Shown piece after piece: positions 57,980-64,000 of a stretch of 64,000 bases of DNA. Position numbers and translations under genes: made by a program. Origin of the DNA: the human T2T-CHM13v2.0 reference genome, Homo sapiens. The DNA is taken from assembly GCF_009914755.1 (NCBI RefSeq), contig NC_060932.1; one strand, given 5' to 3'. Under the pieces are notes generated by a model, which worked only from the letters and a program-made list of their open reading frames with translations, did no database searches and was not told the DNA's origin. The stretch's first letter is position 1. The number at the start of each line of letters is the position of its first letter.

Positions 57980-58900
57980 CAGTCATGCGCTACATTATGA
58001 TGTTTCAGTTAGTGATGGACTGTATATGTTAATACAATGATGGTGCCATAAGATTCTAATGGAGCTCAAAAATTCCTATCACCTAGTGATGTCCAGATTG
58101 CTTCAACCCTGTATAGTCCTAGGCTGATGCATGTACTGTTTCTTTGTTTTTAACAAAAAGAGTTGAAAATGTTAAAAAAAAGTTTAAATAGAAAAATATT
58201 AATAGAAGTATAAAGAAAGAAAATATTTTTGTATAGCTGTATAACATTTGTACTGTTATAAAAGCTAAAAAAATTAAAATTAAAAGTTTATAAATTAAAA
58301 AGTTACAGTAAGCTATGGTTAATTTATTATTGAAGAAAAATATTTGTTTATAAATTTTGTGTAGCCTAAGTGTAAAATATTAGGCTAGTGAAAAAGTAAT
58401 TGTGGCTTTTGCCATTACTTTTAATGGTAAAAACAGCAATTAGATTTGCACCAACCTACTATTTATAAAATCTGCAGTAGAGTACAGGAATGTCCAGGCT
58501 TTCACATTCACTCACCGGTCGCTCACCCTCACCCAGCACACCCTCCAGTCCAGCAAGCTCCATTCATGGGATCTGCCTTATACAGTTGTGCCATTTAAAC
58601 AAAATCTTTTATATCGTATTTTTACTTTACCTTTCCTAGGTCTATATGTTTGATACACAAATACTTACCATTGTGTTACAATTACCTACAGTATTCAGTA
58701 CAGTAACATGTCGTGTAGGTCTGTAGCCTGGGATCAATAGGCTCGAACACACAGCTTGCATGTGTAGCAGGCTATGCCATCTAGGTTTGTGTAAGCGCAC
58801 TCCGTGATATTCACACAATGATGAAATCGCCTAACAATGCATTTCTTCAAATGGGGACATTTCTCTGAATCGATCTCCTTTGTTAAGTGATGCATGACTC
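57980..58900 (-). mobile_element. Tigger3 (Golem) non-autonomous DNA transposon
   Basis: TIRs cagtcatgcg and gcatgactc; diagnostic caaatacttaccattgtgttacaatt...catctaggtttgtgtaag. Confidence 0.9.
58380..58459. mobile_element. MADE1 MITE (Hsmar1-derived)
   Basis: 80-bp palindrome ttaggctagtgaaaaagtaattg...caattagatttgcaccaaccta with TA on both flanks. Confidence 0.93.
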
Positions 58901-58942
58901 TGTGAGAGAGAGAGAGAGAGACGGAGAGAGAGAGAGAGAGGT

Positions 58943-58992
<50 letters not shown>

Positions 58993-59029
58993 AGGAGAGA
59001 GACCGAGGGCTGGGGAGGGAGGGGGGTGG
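58901..59029. repeat. (GA)n + (TG)n microsatellites and G4 motif
   Basis: Seen directly; GGGctGGGGaGGGaGGGGGG at 59007-59026. Confidence 0.92.
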
Positions 59030-59431
59030 ATTTTAAGAAATTTGGCCATGCGTGAATGTGGTGGCTAGCATATCCAAAATTCTAAGGACAAGCCAGGAGG
59101 CTGAATATTCAGGTAGGAACTGATGTAGTTTTGGATCAAAATTTCGCATGGCAGACCAGGCTGGCTGGAAACTCAGGCAGGGTATCTATGCTACAGTCTT
59201 GATGCAGAATTGCTTCTTCTCTGGGAGACCTCAGTCTTTGCTCTCAAGCTTCAAATGCTTGGATGAGGCCTGCCCACATCACAGAGGGTAATTAGCTTCA
59301 CTCAGAGTGAGGTGATTGAAAATGTTAATCACATTGAAGAAACACCTTCAGAGTGATGATCTAGATTGGTGCTTGAACAAACAGCTGGCACTGTAACCTG
59401 GCCACACTGTCACATAACACTAACCATCCCA
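59030..59431 (-). mobile_element. MLT2C/D ERVL LTR
   Basis: ttggatgaggcctgcccacat; aaatgttaatcacat; cacataacactaaccatccca is the antisense MLT2 start. Confidence 0.85.
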
Positions 59432-59764
59432 AGTGGCTAGGGCTGGAGCAGGAGCAGTGGAAATGCTGGAAGATTATTGGTGTCTAGGTATGTTTTCAAG
59501 GTAGAGCCAATGGGACATCTAAGTCCCTTGCCCTGAATAACCAAATAATGATACTCCCCCTCACCAATAGGAGTTGTGGGGTGAATTCTCCGGAGACATT
59601 GAAATGGAGAGACTCTAAGGGACACCAGCCTCAGGGGGAATACTGGGGGTGTAAAGGTGAGTAAAACCACAGCAACAACAAAAAACAACATTAGCATGGT
59701 TATTTTTTCCTCCTGTTCTACTCAGTACATGTGGTTTAATAGATTTGCTAGTTTGAGCATGTCT

Positions 59765-61250
59765 ACTTTCATTCAATAAGTGTTTACAGAGTACTTATTA
59801 TGTACCCATCATTATATTTGACATCATGAACACTGAGTTGAAAATCAACGCCTCTGATCTCAAGAAATGATATGTCTATCAGGAGATAGAGAATTAAAAA
59901 AAATAATGAATGTGATGTTATAAATGTGCACAGAATGCTATGAAAGAGCATGGAATGTCACCTGATGTTGCTGCAGGGGTCAGTGAGGTAGATATTGAGG
60001 TGAATCTCTATTTTGTCAGATGAAAAGAGGAAGGATAGAACACCAAAGAAAACAACATGAGTAAAATATGTGAACGAATAACAGCATGATCTCTTGGGGC
60101 TGGTAGGAAGTCTGGTGTCACTTGACAATGTGCGTGTGTGTGTGTGTGTGTGCACGTGTGTCTAAAGGGGGACTGGGGTAGGCTTGAGAAAGAGGAATGA
60201 AGGAATGCGAAGTGATGTGTGGCCTGAGATATGTGTAGTCAGACTAGATCATGAGTAGCTTTGTATGCCAGCTTTTATCCTTAATACATTATAGTACACT
60301 TGAGAGAATGTGATCACATCAGATTCATGGTTCAGAAAAGTTACAATAACAGAAGAGTGAAGAATTGAATAGAAGCGATGAAACTGGAAGTGAAGAGGGA
60401 GGAGGGAAAGACACTAATATTTCTCAAAAATCAAAGCATGGATAAAGCGGTGGTAGCAATGAGAATGCAGATATACTTTTGAAGATTATTTAGAAAGTTG
60501 GAAGAACTGATTAGATTTGGGAGAGAAGTAAAAGGGATCATAAGAGAAAGGCAGAAACCAAAATTAACCTCAGGTTTGGTTTTTGTTCTCTTTCTTTCAG
60601 TGTATGAGCATATAAAACTCACTGTGATAAAGAATTTAGGAAAAACGTTGTGGAGGAGCTTTAAGGGATGATAATGAATTCATAGAGAAGTTGAATTTCA
60701 GATGTTGTGGTTCATCTAAGAGTGTGTGATTTTTAGAAAGAAAATAGATACGTGTTCTAGAATTCAGGAAAACCTTGTTGGCTGTGGAAGTCACAAGCAG
60801 AGAGTGACAGGATGAGATCCTACCAGGAGACACAGTGGAATGAGAATAGGGCCAAGAATGGGACACCCGGGGCCACCAACACTTGAAGGTCAGAAAGAAT
60901 AAGAGAAGCCTGAACATGAGACTGGGAAGGAGTGGACAGGGGCACAGGAAGAAAGCCAGGACATTATGGTGTTACGATTCCAAGAGGGGAAAGGACATGA
61001 AGAGGGTAAGAATGATCAGCAATGCCAAATATGGTGGACAGTTTGAGCAAAAAAAGGCTGAAATTGTACATTGAGTTTGGCCACTACGAAATCTCTGATG
61101 ATAATGGAAAAAAACACAACTAAAACCAAAACCAAAACCAACCAATCAAATAAAAAACAACAACAAAAATATCCCAACCAACCAACAAACCAAATTTCCA
61201 GTAGTTACTCGAGGAGTAAGAAGCAGGTGAGAAAATAGGAGCAAGAATAT
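59765..61250 (-). mobile_element. L2 (3' end into ORF2 RT)
   Basis: ttcattcaataagtgttta tail; minus-strand GGPGCPILGPILI at 60839-60880 resembles the RT motif GVPQGSILGPLLF. Confidence 0.75.
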
Positions 61251-61599
61251 TACCTACTCTTGCAAGACAGGAAAGAAAGGGTAAATATAATATGAGCAAA
61301 GTAAAAGGAGAGACATTAAAAAGGAAAAGATCTGAGCAAAGTACATGCTTAAGAGGAGTCATTACATTGAAGTTACATATGTTTCTTACTCCATATAAAT
61401 ATATGAGATAAAGGAACATTGATGGGTCTGGCTGAGAAACAAGAAAGGATGAAGTACAAAGAATAAAGAAAAGAATTACCTATAAACCACAAGGAGGAAA
61501 GCTGTCTTATCCTCTGGTTAGAAGAAGTGATAACTGAGGCAGAGCTATGTGTAGGTGGCAGATAAGTCATCAGATCAGGCAGTTGAATGATTCATCCGT

Positions 61600-61760
61600 T
61601 TGCCCTTTCATTCGTTTTTTTAACAATACTTCGTATGTGCCAAGCTCCTTGCTTAGAGCAAGGTATACAACAAGAAACGAAATAGCAGTCTATCCTCTCA
61701 GGCCAGTGGAGGAGATGGAAAAGTAGCAAATGAGTTATAATACTGTACTATATACAATCA
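61600..61760 (-). mobile_element. L2 3' fragment
   Basis: ttcattcg...tatgtgccaagctccttgctta. Confidence 0.5.
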
Positions 61761-62969
61761 ATGAAGTGTTTAATGGGACTTCAAACTTTCTGAAGTTGGA
61801 GAATTGCTATTTTAAAGTTGCTTAGCAATTCTTTTATCCCTGAAAGTGGAAAAATCACTGGAGCAAACTCGTTTTGATAAAATTACAAGAAAGTATCCTT
61901 TAGTTATATAAGTGTAACACAAGATTCTACCCATTATTCTTAGAAAACTATGAAACCACCAATGAAAAAAAGCAGATACTTCTGACTGACTGAGAAGTTA
62001 AATACGAATTGAATGGGATTGTAACTAGGAGCCTCTTGTAACAGGTTAGAGCCTTGTAGAGTCGGAAATGTTTCTCTCCTTCGGTATGGATTTAGATGTG
62101 ACTGTTCCTGAAAATTACTTGTTTTTAGTGGAGTGAGTGTGTCTTTTGTTCAAATATTTACTCACAGTACAGGACAAGATGGCAACCATGTCTTAAAAGA
62201 TGTAGATGACCCTTGCTGGAGGAAGAAATATAAAAATGAGTTGGGCTGAGCTTGATTCAATGCAGCTGGTTACTCATACATTAATTTATTTCTGATTGGA
62301 TAACCAAAACACTCTTGGAAGTTTTATAAATGTACTATCAACCACCCTTATTGCCTTATCTCGATGATGGAGAATATATGAAATTTTAATCATATTAGGG
62401 TGGAAATGGGTTGACTCTGGCTTAGAAAGGGATGAACATTCTTTTCTCTTTGGAGCTGGAGAATTCAAGACCTGGACCCAGAGGTGGGAAAATCAGAGAG
62501 ATCCTAGGTGGTGATATTTGAGCTGTAATCTTCCACATAGGAGCGGCAGCAGGCTCAAGAGAATCTCTGGATTTGAATCTGGGCTTGTGTGCCCTCAGGA
62601 TAACTAGAAGCAATGTAACATGCTGACTGGACATTTATTTCATTTCCAAAAATTTCGTAAAGTTTGTGAAACATAGTAAGTTGTTTTTGACTTCATTCTC
62701 AAGGAGTCAAGTAGGTGGGTTTTTTCTATCCTTACAGCATCTTGAAGAAGCTGGGTAGAAGAAAACAAGAGTTGCTTTGGTTTGGAAAAAGGATTTCTGG
62801 CAGAAGTGAGAGGCAGTCACCAAGACTGCAACTAGAACAGTTGAACTGCCCACGGGGATTCTTGAAAGTTACCTGGGGCGGGAAATATAAAGTAAAGATG
62901 GATAATTTGGCACAGGAAAACTTGGAGAATTGCATATTGTATATTAAAAGAAATACGCACTTTAAAAAA

Positions 62970-63562
62970 AAACATGGTAGGATATGGTGCAATAAAGCAG
63001 ACATCCAATTCAGCTTCGGGAGGTCAGAGAAGTCTTCCTGAAAGAGATAGGATTTGAATGAAATCCTAAATAATGGGCATTTGATTAGGCCAATTTGTTC
63101 TCATTTCTTACAGGCAGAGGAAGTGGCATGCTCAATGGCTGGAAGGCAAATTAAAAGAAAGAAAGAAAGAAAAAAAGAGATGGCATATCTGGGAACTGCA
63201 GGTAGCTTGGAGAATTTCTTACATTTATGGAAACTTGGATTTTATCCCAATAACAGTGGGGAATCACTGAACAGTTTTATATCAGTTCTCACTTAGATTT
63301 TAGAACTAGTAAGATTGAAAAGAAGCAGTAGGACCAGTGAGAACTTTTTTGTACTACAGATGAAAAAGGACCATTGTCTATGCCAAGCAAGGGCATTGGG
63401 TATAATGAGAAACAGACGAAATCAGGTCATTTCTAGAAGATATCAATAGGCTAAGGTGATAACTTGAATATGATAGTAGGGGAATGAAGACTCAGAGATA
63501 ACTTCAGATTTCCTGGCTTGGGCAAACTTAAGTTTTCTGGGTGGATGCTGGCGTCTTTCCAT
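62970..63562 (-). mobile_element. L2 fragment
   Basis: ggtcagagaagtcttcctgaaagag; ggggaatcactgaacagtttt; gatttcctggcttgggcaa. Confidence 0.7.
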
Positions 63563-63843
63563 AAAAAAAAAAAAAAAAAATAGAAGTCACAGCTATTCTG
63601 GGGGTGGGTAGAAAATTAAGACTTTAATTTTGGCGACTAAGCTCTCTGTATAATAAAAAATATTCAGTAAACCTTTGACTAGATTGGTCTGAAAGTCACA
63701 GAAATGTCTGACTTGAAGGCACAGAAAAGGGGATGTAAATGTCACATCAATGTTAACTAAACACATAGCAGTGGAATGCAAAACTCAACTAGAATGCCGA
63801 AGTGGGAATATTAGAGGACAGGAGGTATATCTCTGATGCACAC

Positions 63844-63847
<4 letters not shown>

Positions 63848-63880
<33 letters not shown>
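63848..63880. repeat. (CA)n microsatellite
   Basis: About 16 units. Confidence 0.95.
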
Positions 63881-63881
<1 letters not shown>

Positions 63882-64000
63882 TCAAAGCATATGTGGAAAA
63901 AGAAGCACTGGAAAATCAGACTGACTGAAGATTGACCCAGGATACAAAAGGAAAATGAGAAAAGTGTGGATTTATAGAAGCAAAATGAAGAATTGTAAGA

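Overview
This is AT-rich primate genomic DNA, almost certainly human, because it contains a human-specific AluYa5. It is intronic or intergenic in character and dominated by interspersed repeats. I count about 21 Alu-family elements of J, S, Y and Ya5 age, several with target-site duplications (TSDs). It also has long L1 tracts (L1MA, L1PB1, L1PA6/7 and old L1M copies), L2, L3/CR1, MIRs, ERVL/MaLR solo LTRs (MLT2A1, MLT1C, MER54, MST, MLT1F, MLT2C/D), DNA transposons (Tigger3, MADE1, MER5A) and microsatellites. I recognise no protein-coding gene, RNA gene, CpG island or CRISPR array; the supplied ORFs are repeat-derived or chance. I cannot support a genuinely new biological system. The best leads are a 5'-truncated AluYa5 that may be polymorphic, a four-level nest (L2>MLT2>Tigger3>MADE1) with a miR-548-like hairpin, and a twin-primed L1 inside an MSTA LTR. 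Further leads are an unexplained three-arm inverted repeat at 26.8-27.0 kb, a phase-compatible chain of candidate + strand exons in the repeat-poor 40-54 kb region, and a CpG-retaining CRE/XRE/HRE motif cluster. Subfamily calls come from memory of consensus sequences, and boundaries of old repeats are approximate.
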